A DNA stretch of 63,987 nt, filler included, from Fonticula-like sp. SCN 57-25 (GCA_001724245.1; 6 parts of 6 records of this genome joined end to end with filler, not necessarily neighbours in it), one strand, 5' to 3'. Shown: positions 25,042 through 37,849, counted from the first letter of the whole stretch. Numbers and translations are program-made. The notes: generated from the sequence alone by a model not told the origin.

Positions 25042-25161
25042 TTGCTGCTGCTGCTGCTGGTGCATCACCTGCTGCATCTGCTGCTGCTGCTGTTGCTGTT
25101 GAAGCATCCCCGGCATGGGCATCATTCCCACTAGCCCGGCGGGCATAGGTAGCCCCGACAT
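22889..25161 (-). CDS. CYC8: General transcriptional corepressor Cyc8/Ssn6 (polyQ, TPR array, low-complexity tail), multi-exon
   Basis: NEHTWLQ; AYQQALYHLPNPKDPKLWYGIGILYDRYGS; EIYFRLGIIYKQ; AYQQAVYRD.RNPTFWCSIGVLYFQINQYRDALDAYSRAIRLNPY. Confidence 0.95.
25003..25100 (-). repeat. CAG/CAA trinucleotide tracts encoding N-terminal polyQ of Cyc8
   Basis: (ctg/ttg)n on the + strand. Confidence 0.9.
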
Positions 25162-25497
25162 GCTCGCCTGCAGCCGATCGATGGCGTGTCTACTGTCCAG
25201 TCCGCCGGCCCGAGCAAGCGCCCTTCAACGTCCAATCCCAATCCCCTGCACCAATCAAAACGCTCGATCAAGAAATTGCACTATCCGGACGCTTGATATG
25301 GATAATGATTTCCCAAAAAGGCAGTATTTCGGTGCTAATGAGGCGAAGAAAAGTTGCGTCCTTGGTTGCCAGACGAGCCTGTGGCAGGCCTGTGGCATCA
25401 TAATGGCGGGGAATTGCGCGCGACACGGAGTGATAGGAGCTTTGTGCTTGTGGGCTACTGCTGCGCTGGGTGAATGACCTAGGGCGGAGGGAAAGGA

Positions 25498-25842
25498 ATG
25501 GGACGCAACACAACGTCGCTCGATGACGAGCTCCGCGCCGTCAAGGAAGACGTCGAGCGGTTAAGGAGACGCACGCTGGAGGAGAAGAGGCTTGCGACGC
25601 CGACGAAGCGGACGAGGCCAACTGCGCTTCGGGCGGGCGAGGCGACCCTGCAGCAGCGCATCCTGCCACTCCTGATGGCCTTGAACGAGGAGCTGCATCT
25701 GAGCCGAGATGCAATAGAGCCAAAGAATGCGAGCGCCATTCTTGCGCTGCTGACAAACTTTGTGCGGGATTCGCCCGAGCACCGCGAGCATGTGCGGAAT
25801 TTGTTGCTTCCGGCGCTCACGGGCGAGTCGGATCCCGCTTAA
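25498..25842 (+). CDS. Hypothetical 114 aa helical protein
   Basis: Intronless GC-rich ORF with ATG start, followed by AT-rich UTR-like sequence, between CYC8 and the SMG1 3' end; no family recognised. Confidence 0.55.
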   Translation: MGRNTTSLDDELRAVKEDVERLRRRTLEEKRLATPTKRTRPTALRAGEATLQQRILPLLMALNEELHLSRDAIEPKNASAILALLTNFVRDSPEHREHVRNLLLPALTGESDPA

Positions 25843-25967
25843 GTGTACATACGTGTTTCTGTTCAAAATGTTGTAATTGTGAAACTGTATATTAAAATAC
25901 ATAGGGTACAATGGTAAGATCACTGTTGAACATGGTTAATAATGCGAATGCAAGCAAAATTGCAAAT

Positions 25968-28900
25968 CTACACCCACGGCATCCACCCCTCAAACATAAC
26001 CGCGAGCCTGTCCTTGTCGACCGCCTGCTTGACGAGACTCGCGACCTGCCCCTCTGCGCTCATGCGCTCATCCTCGTCGCCCTGCCCCCAGCGGCCCTGA
26101 AGCCGTCTGTGTACCTGAAAGAGAGCGCGGCGCGCAAACGCGTTCGGCGCGTCGAGCGCGCACCCGCTCGTGTCCACAAAGAGGCGGTTGACCGACACGG
26201 CTGCGTCGCCCGCCACGGCGTTCTCCTCCTCCTCTTCCTCAACCTCTTCGTCCTCCTCGTCCATCTCCTGTGGCGCCTGCTCGGGGCGCCGCGCGTCGGC
26301 GCTATCCGCCTGCCGCTCGTCGTCCTTGCGCACGCCGACGAGCCCCGCGAGGGCGCTCGACTTTGCCGCCGAAGCGACGCCCCACACGCGGGCCAGAGCC
26401 TCCGCGCACGCGCGCATATTGGCGGCATTGGGAGTCGCAAGCGCGTCCTGTGCAGCCGCCAGCGCAGCACCCAGATCCTGCTCGGCGCGCGCCGCCGCAC
26501 GGTTGACGGAGGCGCGATCGTCCGAGCCGCGGATCTGCGCCGCCACAGCGCTGGCGCTCGCGGCGAGCGGTTCAAGCGCGTCCGTCAGCGACTGCAGCAC
26601 GGCGGCCGCCTCGCAGCGCTCCGCGTCGGCGACCCGGTTGAGGTCCTCAATGGATGCGCGGAGGCGCTCGACGGCCGGCTCGACCTGCTCAAACTGCGCT
26701 GCAATGTCGGTCAGCAGTGCGGCAGCGTCGGGCGTGAGAGCTGAGCCAGCGGCGGACGTTGGCGGGCTGCGCGACCGCAGCAGCAGCGCGCGCGAGATGA
26801 GCGAGATGGCCACGGTAAAGCGCGCGTGGAGGCCGTCAGCAGCGGCGGCGGCGTCGGGGGCGCGGTTGACTTCATAGTCGGTGATGGCGTCCAGCGTCTC
26901 GATGACCGCGTGCTGCCACTGAGACAGCTCCGTGGGGCCGGCGGCCGAGGCCTGCTGGCGCGCCATGCGGAGCGCGCCGACGAGCTGGCGGCGGCTGCAG
27001 CCGGTGACGTCGACGGGCTCGGGGGCGCCGGGGAACTGAATGTGGCGCTCGTACTGCCAGTAAAGGCTCTCGAGGCGGCGGCTGGGGGAAAGGCAAAGTT
27101 AGCCAGGTATTCCTGATTAATACAAACAAAATACACAACATACTGCACATCATAATACTCCCTCTACATTCAGCATATGGGTACGCACTTGAAAATCTCG
27201 GCCGATCGGTCGGATGCTTCCGCGGCAAAGACAAGCGCCCCTTCCACAAAAACCTCGGCCACCAAAGCGGCGGCCGCCTCCAAGTCCATGCTACGCGACA
27301 CCACCAGGTCGCGCCGCACAAACCTCTCCTGGGCAAGCGCGCGGAACACGGCAGCGATGGCGGCAAAGCGATCGTTCGCGACCTGTCCAGCGACCTCTGT
27401 CGCGCCGCAGAACGCGACCGCCGACTCTACCGCGCGGCGGTGAAGCGCAGCCGTCAGCGCCGGCAGCACAACATTGTGCAGGAAAACCTCAAGGATGTGC
27501 GTTGCGAGCTCGCGGAACTTTTCGTTGTCGCCGGCGAGCGCCGCGCAACACAGCGTCGCAATCGCGTCATCGTTGGCCTGCCGCGCCTGAGCAGTCGCGT
27601 GTAGCAGCGCGAGGTGCGAGTTGAGCGGTCCGCACGCGCGGAGCACCGCGTCCACGACGGATGACGGGCCGGCCACGGCGGCAGCGGCAGAGACCACCGA
27701 ACGCTGTGCATCGGGCGCGCCCGACTTGGCGGCCGCGTCGGCGGCCTGCATCACACTAGGTGGCACTCCGAGCACGAGGATGGCGAGCTCACTGTCGAGC
27801 AGGCCGCCCGCGGCGCCCGCAAACCGCAGTGCCGCCACAAAGGCAGAGGCAACGTCGTTCGCGGACGCATCGGCGGTGCTCGTCACCATGGCTGCAACAA
27901 AGGCCTGCGATTCAGCGCTCAGGCCGAGAGGCACTTCGCTCGTGACGAGCGTTGCAAGCGCCATGGCCATCGGCAGCGTGTCGGCCGGTAGCAGAATAAA
28001 ACGGTCGGCGATAATGTTCTCAATACCTTGCGGAAGCGCGTGGCGCCGCACGGCCTCGACAACCTCTTCCTCGCGCTTCACGCCGGCCGACAGCGACGTG
28101 CGAGCGGCCTCGCTCAGCGCCGTTGCTTCATCGGCAGCGTCCAACTGCGTTTCAGCGATCCAGCCGAGCGCGTCATGCAGCGAGACCAGCGCACTTGCAG
28201 CAAGCGCCACCTGCCGTGCGAGCCGCTTGGGGCCCTCGGCAGGGACAAAGGTGCTGCGCCGGCCGCGCATAGCTTCGCCAATGCTCGAAGAGGTACCGAG
28301 GCGCTCCGCCCGCGTCGAAACGAGGCGGTGCAACTCGGCGAGCCCGTCTTCCTTCAAGTGCTTTGCGCGCAGCGTCGCCTTGCTGTACCCCTCTTTGAGC
28401 GCGCGCGCTTCCGCGAGGGCCAGTGCGACGGCGCCGTCAAAGTCGCTAAATGCGTCGCACGTCGCGGGCGCCTCGCCACCCATGAGCGCCGCCTGCAGAC
28501 GCTCGAGCACCCAGAGCCAGCGCCAGTGCATGCAGTTGTTCTTGACGCGCTCCGGCGATACATGCGCGAGCAGGCCGTCGTAGCGCGCCAGGAGCACGCG
28601 CGCCTGTACGAGCAGCGGCGACGCGCGAACGGCTTCGGGCGCTTGGTCGAGGGCCGCCAGCAGGCGCGGGGCGTTTTGCAGCGCGGTCAGCTGCTTGGTC
28701 ACGACGGGCTGGCACTCGGCGATGAGCGTGGCGGCAACGACGCGCGCCTGCTGCTCAAATGCGGCGAGGTGCGGCAGCGCGTCGCTCAGGCGGTCGCGGG
28801 CCGCGGCGAGTGCAGACCGCAAGCCGGCGAGCTCGGGAACGAGGCGGCCCATAGTTTGCATGCGCGACAACTGCGCGTCGCTGTACGCAAGGAGAAGCGC

Positions 28901-31900
28901 GTATGCTTCGGCCACCCTGGGGCCCTCGGCTGAGAGCTGCTCCACGGCCTTGGCCACGCTCGCGTCGGCGGCGTTCTGCTGCTGCGCCCTGTGGTCGGCC
29001 TCTTCGGCGCGCCATTCAAGGAGTGGGTCGTAGATGAACGCGGAAAGAATGTTGCGCCACGCGCCTGCCGACTGCCGCTGAACCACCTCCATCGTAGCGA
29101 CCGCCGCGTCAGAAAAGACGCCTGTCTCACCCGCCGGGCCGAGCGCGTGGCGCAGGACCCGCGTCAGGCGGAACGGCACCGTCTCGGGGACGCGGAGGCG
29201 GATACCACGGTCAAAGCACACGGCATAGTCAATGTGGGTGACGCGCCCGGACTGCAGGTCGACCAGGATGTTGTTGAGGTGGCGGTCACCGAGGCCGAGC
29301 GTCGCACCGACGGTCGACATGATCGCCGTCGTCCGAGCGTAGGCGTCGCGCGCGTCCAGCCAGTGCTGCACCGTCGGCGCGTGGCACCACAGCTCGTTCG
29401 AGAGGACGCTCTCGGGCAACGCCGCGCACAGGTCCGCCAGAGTCGACCGGAGCACCGGCAGCGGAATGTTCTGGCGTTCGCTCGAGCGCAGCTTGGCCTC
29501 CACGTGGCGCATATCAATCTTCTTGCCTGTGTTCTCCTGAAGCCGCGCCATGAGCCGCTCGGCAAACATTTGGTTCGGGCGGAGACCGCCCCGCTTCCCT
29601 CCGGCCGATGCGGCAGCGGCATGTGCGGCCTGGCGCGCATACGCCATTTGGTACACGCGGTAAATGGGAATGGCGCCGTCGACCCACTGGATCAAGCCAA
29701 ACTGCGCCTCAAACGGCACCACGCGGTACGTCACGGCGCTCAGCTTGCTTAGCCGGGCGCTCTTGTCGCGGCCCAGATCGGCGTTCAGCACCTTGAGAAG
29801 CTGCATGACGCGCTCGTCCGTGCGCACATCCTCACCGCCCTTCATCAGGAACCAAAAGTCGCGGCCGTCCGACCCCCTCATCCGCATGCGCTTGGGGTGC
29901 GTCTTGGAATCAAACACGGTGATGTGGCTGTCCAGCCCGCGGATCGTGACGCCGTTGGCCGCGTCTATCGGGACTTCAATCGCGTCAAATGACGAGTGGA
30001 TGAGCGCCGGTGCTACGTCCTGCAGCGCCAGGCGGCTGCGCGACGCGTCCTGCGGCTTCTTCAAAAACTCGGTGTGCAGCTCCTTGAGCGGCGCCCACTG
30101 TTGCCGGGGGGAGGCATCGGAGGGCGAGTCGCGCACGGCCGCGATGGCCGCCTCGAGCTGCCCGGCGTACTTTGCGATAAAAGCGGCCTCGTACGGCGTG
30201 GACGGCGCCGCCCGCACCGTCTCGTCCATGAGCTGGTCGAGGGCGGCGAGCACGGGGCGGATGGCGGCCGCGCGCGATCCACCCGCTGCGACGCGCTGGA
30301 CAAGGCGGTTGAACTCGCCGCCAAAGCGACCCAGCGCGGTAGACCACACGTCGTCCCAGAGTAGCGCGATGCGGCGCAGTTCGGCGGTGAAGAGCAGCGC
30401 CTGGCTACGCTTCTCGGCAGGCAGGGCCGCCAGGATGCGCGCCCACGCATCGCGAGCCATCTGGCTGCGCGGCGGGGCGACGCTCACGAGCCGCAGGACG
30501 CTCGACGGCGAACCCGACGCGACGCAGATGAGCAGCGCCTCCACACAGTCAACGACCGCGCTGGAGCGGTGCGCGAGCCGGGCCACCAGTTGAGGGACCA
30601 GCTCTGCCCACACATCGGGCGTGGCAGTTTTGACCACAAAGCGGTCAAACGCTGTATGCACAGCCCACGGGTGACGGCAGAGCAGCTGCAGCGCGGCAAG
30701 GGCGCTCTTGATCGAGTGGATGGTGCGCCCGCCCGACCCCATAGACAGCCCATAGTGCTCGACCGCGCTCGCGAGAAGGCCGGCAGCGCCCTGATAGGCT
30801 GTGGCAAAGCGGGAAAGAACGTCATCCGACGGCAGCGGCGACGCCGAAAGGCTCATGTGCCCCATACCCTGCGTGATGTCGTCCAGAGAGGCCACCGACG
30901 GGTCACCGCCAGCGGAAATCCACTGGAACAGCACACAAAGCTGCTGCAGGAACGGCTCGCCGGACCCTTCGTAAGCTTCATCGTCAAAAGCAAGTGCAAC
31001 GCGGGCGGCATCAGCGGACCCGTCCTGGAAGCGCGCGGCAAATGAGTCGCGCGCGGACGCCTCAAGGCGCGCAGCGAGATAGCGGTGAGCCTTGAGCGCC
31101 TCGGGCGAGCCGGCCGCCGACTCGGCGACACCGCGATGGAGCGCGTCGAGGGCGTCAGAGCCGCTCGGCTGGCGGCGTACCCAGAGCAACAAGGCGCGCG
31201 TCGTGCTCGCCTGGTCAAGGCCCGCTTGCGTCAAGCTGGCTAGCCTGCTCAATGCGGCGCTTTGACGGCTCTCCTCCCCGCTGAGCAGCTCCGCCTTGAT
31301 GGTCTCGTACACGGAGGGAAAAACGTCACTGGGCACACCAGAGATCCACCTGAGCGACGCGTCGTGGTTGCCAGAGAGCCTTAGGATGCGCGCCATCGTC
31401 AGGCGTGCCGCAGCGGCGTCCTCGGCGTTCGAAGACCGGCCGGCGCTCAAAGCAAGTGCCGACAGGACGCGTATGAGGCGCGGAGAAGTGCCGACATCGG
31501 CATCGCTGGTCACATCCCACAAACCGGGCGACTTTGCCTGAAGCAGAACGCGACGCAGCGCCGTGTTGTCCAGCTGCAGGCGCAGCTTGCTGGCGAGGCG
31601 GGTATCACTGTCGCCACTGGCGCATCCCATAAATTTAAGGAAGGGCTGCTCGTCGGCAAGAATTGATAAATTGGCCGTAGAAGAGTGAGAGGATGCGATG
31701 GGCACATCGTCCCACTGCGACAAGCTCGCTGCACGGAGAGCGGCCACGTGCTGCGTATCGAGGTGGCTTGAGAGTCCGCGGCCACTGCTGCCCGCCAGCC
31801 ACGCCTCGAGGCCCGCCCAGTCGGCAAGGCTCGCAAAGCAGTCCAGCACCATTCGGTCGACAAAGTGCGCCAGTTCCGACGAGGCAGCGAGGCCTGCCTG

Positions 31901-32069
31901 CCCACTCATCCAAACACGATAGGCGTTGAGCGCGCTCTCAAAGTGGCCTGCCGCGTGCAGCTGCACCGCATGTAGCCACTCAAAACTGGCTGGCAAGTCG
32001 GCCGATTCCAGCATTGACTGCAGCGCAGTGACGTATGCCGGGCGGCCCATCTCGACCGACGCGCGCGCG
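25968..32069 (-). CDS. SMG1: SMG1 PIKK-family kinase (nonsense-mediated decay), 5' part truncated by a linker
   Basis: ELRRIALLWDD; SKTHPK; FLMKGGEDVRTDERVMQLL; LGLGDRHLNNIL..HIDY..LRVPETVPFRLT; FIYDPLLEW; long insertion before FATC LAVMFEGWMPWV*; one intron near 27085-27187. Confidence 0.92.
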
Positions 32070-32169
32070 NNNNNNNNNNNNNNNNNNNNNNNNNNNNNNN
32101 NNNNNNNNNNNNNTTAATTAATTAANNNNNNNNNNNNNNNNNNNNNNNNNNNNNNNNNNNNNNNNNNNN
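32070..32169. other. Artificial contig linker
   Basis: N44-TTAATTAATTAA-N44. Confidence 0.99.
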
Positions 32170-33269
32170 TCCGCCTTCCACCCCGTCAGCATACTAAACT
32201 CCTTGCCCACCAGCGCGAGCTCCCCCGTGCGCCTCCACACGCACGTTGGCGTCCCCATGTACGCGAGCAGCTTTGAGTACTCGACAATGAGCCTCTGAAA
32301 GCACTTTTCCATAAAAATGAGGTCATTGACCGTGAGGTTTTTAATGATGGACAGCAGCGACGGCCTGTAGCTGACGAGCGCGCGGCACACGCGCAGCGTG
32401 TCTTCCCGCGTGAACCGCCCGGTGAGGTAGTCGAGCAGGTGGTGGTGGCCGGGCGTGTAGTCGAACGGGTCGGCCACGCGGTTGTACACGACGTCGGGGC
32501 CGACGGGGCGCTTGTCCTCAAAGGAGAGGACGACGTTGCCGAGGCCGCCCATGGCGTCGCTCACGGGCGGGATCATGCCGCCGACCTGCGCGACATCGAG
32601 CAGGCGCGCATCGACATCGACCATGTCGGGGATGTCGGTCAGCATGGAGAACTCGCGGTCGAGCGCGGCGGACTCGAATTGCGCGCCGGGGTGGTAGTCG
32701 GAGGAGGGGAGCGGGAAGGGATCGTCAGAGACGGCATCGTCAACGAGCTGAAGGGAGCGGTAGGGGGACTGCATGTTGAGCAGGGCGGATGCAGAGGGGG
32801 AGAGGGAGGAATCATCGGCTTTGGGGGAAGAAACCTGCGTGGTGAGGCGAGCGGGGCCGCCGGGGCCAGCAGCAGATGACGATGACGATGACGATGACTG
32901 GAGCGCCACGTTGTCAATGTACTTGACGACGCCCTTGCGAACGCCATCGCGGCACGAGAGGGCGAGGCCGCGCTTCACGCAGCGCTCGCAGGGGCGGCCA
33001 GTGTCGCAGGGGAGATGAGAGCGCTGGCAGTAGATGCACGCGCGGCTCGTTTTTTTCTTCTTTTGGGCAAGCTTGCGTGGCTGGCCATCGCCCGCGGTGG
33101 GTGACGCGGTGGGGGCGGCGCCCTTGCCCTTCCGGCCCGCGGAAACGACAGAATCGGGCGACACGTGCGAGCGAGAGGAGGAGACGGTCGACATGGGCGC
33201 GAGGCCCGTCGAGGGGCCCGCGACGGGGAGATCGCGCTGCAGATGCGACAGGTACCCGCGCTGCTGCAT
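32170..33269 (-). CDS. Zn(II)2Cys6 transcription factor with PAS-like C-terminus (Ert1/AcuK/Rds2 gluconeogenesis-activator family), 3' truncated
   Basis: RACIYCQRSHLPCDTGRPCERCVKRGLALSCRDGVRK; PFDYTPG; DLIFMEKCFQR..EY; GTPTCVWRRTGE..LVGKEFSMLTGW. Confidence 0.9.
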
Positions 33270-34051
33270 GGCGACCGTTGTGGATCAAAAAGGGGGAAGG
33301 GAAGGGAAAGGGGCTCAAATTGAGCTCGCCTCGGCTAGAGTCCTACTTTAAAAGAAAGACACCGCCTCTATCGCTGCTGCACTAGGCTGCTCGCAGGCGG
33401 AGACGCAGATCCCACGACCAAAAAAGAAGCGCCTTGCAACGATCGGTGGGCCGGCGACGTTCTGGCGATAATGAACGGGCGCGCTCCTTATATGAACAGT
33501 GCTGCAGCAATGCTGCGCACATGACTGTCGCATTCCTGCCCACATGTTTGTGAAAATCATGACCATGAGCTGGAAGATCACCATTGTCAGAGCAGATTTT
33601 GCAGCTGGCGGCTTTGTGTTTGGGGCCTAATCAGTCGTGGGAGGCGCTGTGGGCGGTCCGCGAGAAAAAGGAAGAGAAAAGGGGAATTTGCGCGTTGCTG
33701 CAGAGGACCGACGTGCCGAGGACTGCTGTAGGGGTGGTGTGCTGGAACCATCGAGCGCGGCCTTTTTTCCGGCGTGTTTGCGGCGCAGTCAACTTGCCCG
33801 GCTTTGTTGTTTCGCCTGGGTCAAAAAAGGCTCCCGCGGGATCCCGGGTTTGCAAGACCGCCGTCATCTTCTTTGCCGCATCCTTAATTTAACTCGCCTA
33901 CCTTCTTTTTCTGATACTGTCTCTCTCGGGACGACTGCGCGTGTGGCGCAAACCGGCTGGATTTGCTCCGCCCCTCTTGTTTGCCCTTTTTTCCTTGCCT
34001 TTTACGACGAGCGTCGCGCGTGCGTGACCGCGACGCTTGGCACCCACAATC

Positions 34052-36160
34052 ATGTCGTCGCATCTGGGCGGCGACGATCCGTTCGACGATGCCTCGCACA
34101 CTCTCGGCGCGCTGTCGGACACGCTCGGCCCGGCGTCGCTCGAGTCATACGCAAGCAGCACGGCCGAGGGCACGATTGATCTTTTCGGGACGTTTGACAT
34201 GGCGAATCCGATGGAGGGATTCGCTGTTCCCGCACAGGATTCCGGGGCCGCATCGGCGGACGGCCTTTTCACCTTTGAGCACGGGATGGGCAGCGAGTCG
34301 GCCGCTCTTACCGACAACTCGCCAATGCTCCCGCGGCCATCTACCGCCCTTCCGCCGCCACCCGTGGCCCCGCCTGGCTTTTCACAGCAGGCCCGCGCCA
34401 AGCCTTCTTTTGCTGCGCCGCCGCCACCGCCGCCGCTTCAGATTCCGCAGCGCGAGCTTAGGATAGGCGACGGCCCGACGCCGATCGTGGACGACGCGCG
34501 CAGCAGATCGCATCTCCCGCCTCCGCCGCCGCCGCTCTCCGCCGACGTCATCCTGATGCAGCAGATGGCGCCCGCGAGCGACGTTTCCGCCGGCGCGCTT
34601 CCGATGCTTCCGACCCGCTCCGGCCAGCCCGACGCCGCCGACGCCGACGCCGACCAAAACATGGACGCCTCGCACGCCGAGCTCGGCATCCTTTCCAACT
34701 CATACCTCACGCAGGAGCACCTGCGGCAGCGCTCGCAGTCTGCCCCGTCGTACGGCCTCGTCGGCGGGCAGTTCCAGGACTACCCCGTCAACGACACGAT
34801 GAACAGGGTGTACACCATGGAGGACCCGCAGATCGGCGTCTTTGCGCAGCAGCAGCAGCAGCAGCAGATGGCCGAGCAGTACATGTTTATGCTCCAGCAG
34901 CAGCAGCAGCAGTTTCAACAGTACATGATGCCCGCACAGGCGCAGTACCAGCCTCAGATGCAGCAGCCCGACTACGTCTACCTCCAGCAGCAGCAGCAGG
35001 TGATGCCGATGGCCGAGCAGTTCAACCCGACGATGCCGCTGCAGCCGTACCCCCAGGCTCTGACGCCGCGCAGCCATCGCGGCTCGATTTCTTCTTCGCA
35101 GTCTGCCGAGGCGCTGCTCCAGCATGGCCCGCAGATCGCGCACCACCACCCCGCGCCGGCGCAGCTGCTTCACCACCCGCACCAGATGATATCCTCGATG
35201 TCGTCGCCGGCGCTGATGCTGTCGTCGGGTTCTGCGCCGTCGCCGAGCACGCCGCCGCGCGGCGGCTGGTCCAGCATGGAGGAGCTGCCACTGATGCTGT
35301 CGCCGCGCAGCACGACATTGTCGTCGCCGAGCGGGCTCGCCGCCGCCGTCTCGGCCGTAAGCTTCAACTCGCCGATCTCTGCCGTGCAGCTTGCCCGCCG
35401 CGCGAGCCTCGAAAAGTCGACTGGCGACTGGCTGCGCTCGCGCGCCAACTCTGCGCCGACGGCGTCGATGCAAGCCGCGCGCAACCGCTTCAACCGCGCG
35501 CGCACCGCGTCGAGCGCGTCGCTCGTGACGGACCCGTCGCCGCCGCCCGGCGGTGCGCTCGACAGCCCGACGTCCGGCATGAGCTCGCCCGGCGGGCACA
35601 TGTTTGACGACGACGACGACGACTCTGCGAGCGACTCGACGCCCGCGTCGCCCGCGTCGCCCGTCTCGCCCGGCTTTCTCAACGGCCCGCACCGCCGCGG
35701 CAGCCTCGGCACGGGCGGCGTCACCGGGAAAAAGGTGTTTATCTGCGACTTTGACAACTGCGGGCGCATCTTCAAGCGCTCCGAGCACCTCAAGCGCCAC
35801 CTGCGCACGCACACGGGCGAAAAGCCTTTTGTCTGCAAGCACCCAAACTGCAACAAGCTCTTTTCGCGGTCAGACAACCTCACGCAGCACCTCAGGATTC
35901 ACCAGAATTCCGCGGAAAAGAACTCGCGCGCGCAGGTGGCCGCGATGCCGCTCGAGACGTCGTCGTTTTCGCAGTACGCGTTCCACAACGTGTTCCCGTT
36001 CGCGGTGGCGGCCGTGGGGGGCGCGGGCAGGTCGCCGGGGCAGTCGCCGACGGCGGGCTTTCCCGCGCAGCCGCCGCTCCGCGCAGTATCGTTTGCCAAT
36101 AATGGGCACCCGGTGGCGGGGCAGGAGCACGCAGAGTCGATGGAGGGAAGCGCCGTGTGA
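34052..36160 (+). CDS. Intronless C2H2 zinc-finger transcription factor (two C-terminal fingers of the fungal Msn2/Seb1/SteA type; Q/S/P-rich N-terminus)
   Basis: [51 protein letters not shown] at 34052. Confidence 0.9.
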   Translation: MSSHLGGDDPFDDASHTLGALSDTLGPASLESYASSTAEGTIDLFGTFDMANPMEGFAVPAQDSGAASADGLFTFEHGMGSESAALTDNSPMLPRPSTALPPPPVAPPGFSQQARAKPSFAAPPPPPPLQIPQRELRIGDGPTPIVDDARSRSHLPPPPPPLSADVILMQQMAPASDVSAGALPMLPTRSGQPDAADADADQNMDASHAELGILSNSYLTQEHLRQRSQSAPSYGLVGGQFQDYPVNDTMNRVYTMEDPQIGVFAQQQQQQQMAEQYMFMLQQQQQQFQQYMMPAQAQYQPQMQQPDYVYLQQQQQVMPMAEQFNPTMPLQPYPQALTPRSHRGSISSSQSAEALLQHGPQIAHHHPAPAQLLHHPHQMISSMSSPALMLSSGSAPSPSTPPRGGWSSMEELPLMLSPRSTTLSSPSGLAAAVSAVSFNSPISAVQLARRASLEKSTGDWLRSRANSAPTASMQAARNRFNRARTASSASLVTDPSPPPGGALDSPTSGMSSPGGHMFDDDDDDSASDSTPASPASPVSPGFLNGPHRRGSLGTGGVTGKKVFICDFDNCGRIFKRSEHLKRHLRTHTGEKPFVCKHPNCNKLFSRSDNLTQHLRIHQNSAEKNSRAQVAAMPLETSSFSQYAFHNVFPFAVAAVGGAGRSPGQSPTAGFPAQPPLRAVSFANNGHPVAGQEHAESMEGSAV

Positions 36161-36684
36161 GCGCCCGCGGACTCTTTTGTATACTTTTGGGGGTGTTTGG
36201 CGCCGCTGGGCGTGCGTGGCGCGGCGCATGAGGCGCCTGGGAGCGCTCTGCGCGCGCGTTTTTCTTGTTTTTGGAGATGGAAATGGTTTGTTGCATTGCC
36301 GCTTTTGCCGCGTTTTGTTCCCTTTTTGCGACGGGTTTTGCGTTGCTGTGTCGCGAGGGGGCGAACGGGCCCGTATGTACTTACGCTCTTGATGTACTCT
36401 ACTGTTGTAATATTAAGCAATTCGATTGATGTTGTTTAAATTGGCGCGAAAATGGTGTGGCACGGAATCGAAAGATAAAGTGATATTTGCAGACAAAAAC
36501 AGACGAAAAGGGCGCCAAAATAGTGCCAAAAAGGTATTCACAAAGCAAACAGTCGATACAAACCAGAATAAGTTAACTTGTAACACTCGCCGACGATGCC
36601 GGTCATATATAATACAGCGCATTTCATGATTGAAACGTCGCCGATCGCGACTTTTAAAGGCCAGAAAAACCACCGCAAAAATAA

Positions 36685-37849
36685 CTACGTCTCAGCGTTG
36701 AGCCTTCCGAGCAAGTGCGAATTTTCTTCCGCCCCGGCCTTTCTGTAGATCACCTCGCCCGGCAGCGGCAGCGGCACGAACCACAACAAAGAGAATTCGC
36801 CCATGACCTGCCGCCAATTCTGGGCCTTGCCCAGATCGTACCTGCAAAAAAAAGGTGTCAGCGGCGGCGCGAGCCAGATATAAAAGTGTACCTAGAGTAG
36901 GCGGGGTCTTTTTTGTCGACCTTGATGTCGGACATGGTGCGGTTGCGGCGGATGAGGAAGATCTGGTAGCCCATAAAGACGCCGAACCCAAAGCCAAAGA
37001 CGATGGCGATGCCCACGTAAACGACCCACCAAAAAATCGGCGCACTCTAGCGGCCGTAAATGGTTAGTTTGTGGTTAGTTTGTGAGGAAAAGGAATGGCG
37101 CACTTGAGGAATGTAAATGAAGAGGGCGGTAACGCCCGCCACGGCGGTGAAGAGGCAGTACATCACCAAGTACAAGAGCATCTGAATAAAGTAGCGATGG
37201 TTGTGCGCGCCGACGCAGTTTCCAATAAACAAGTTGTGGTGGTCCCTGCGCATCACGCACACGCTGCACAGGCTGCAGTGCTGTGCGCGATCGGGCTGCA
37301 CGGCCTCGCAGACATCGCAGTACCGCAGGCGGCCTTCGTCGAGCCGCTCGGTGAAAACTACCTGGCGCTGCAGGCGGTTGCTAATGATCGCAATCACCTG
37401 ATCAGAGTTGGCCTCGATGGCGCGGTACTCGTGCACGGGAAAGTGGTACGCGGGATGTGGGCCGAGGGGTCGCCGAAGAAACGACATGATTAGGGGAAAG
37501 GCCGTGGCGAACATGAGCAGGGGGCACATGACGGCGAAGAAGACTATTGAAAGAGATCGGTTAGGCGCAAGTAAAAAGAGTAGTAGATAGTCAAGAAAGG
37601 TGAAGCAAGGGAAAGGCGTCGGGTAGAGAGTCAGTTAGCGATGCGGCAAGGAGAGAAGGCGTACGGATCTCATTGAGGCCGCCATTGTTAACGTTGAAGA
37701 CTAGAATGCCGTCAGCACAAGAGAGAATCGACCGATCTCGTACCGCAAATTGTAATAATCGTAGCAACAAGGGATCCAAGAAGAATGAGAGTAACAATAA
37801 TCACGGGAGTTACGCGCCCCGTCTCCTTGAGACACCCTCCTCGCGACAT
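36685..37849 (-). CDS. DHHC-family palmitoyltransferase homologue (ZDHHC2/15/20-Pfa3-like) with DHHN instead of DHHC, multi-exon
   Basis: CDVC..DRAQHCSLCSVCVMRRDHHNLFIGNCVGAHNHRYF; four hydrophobic segments; C-terminal YDLG..QNWRQVMG..LWFVP motif. Confidence 0.85.
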
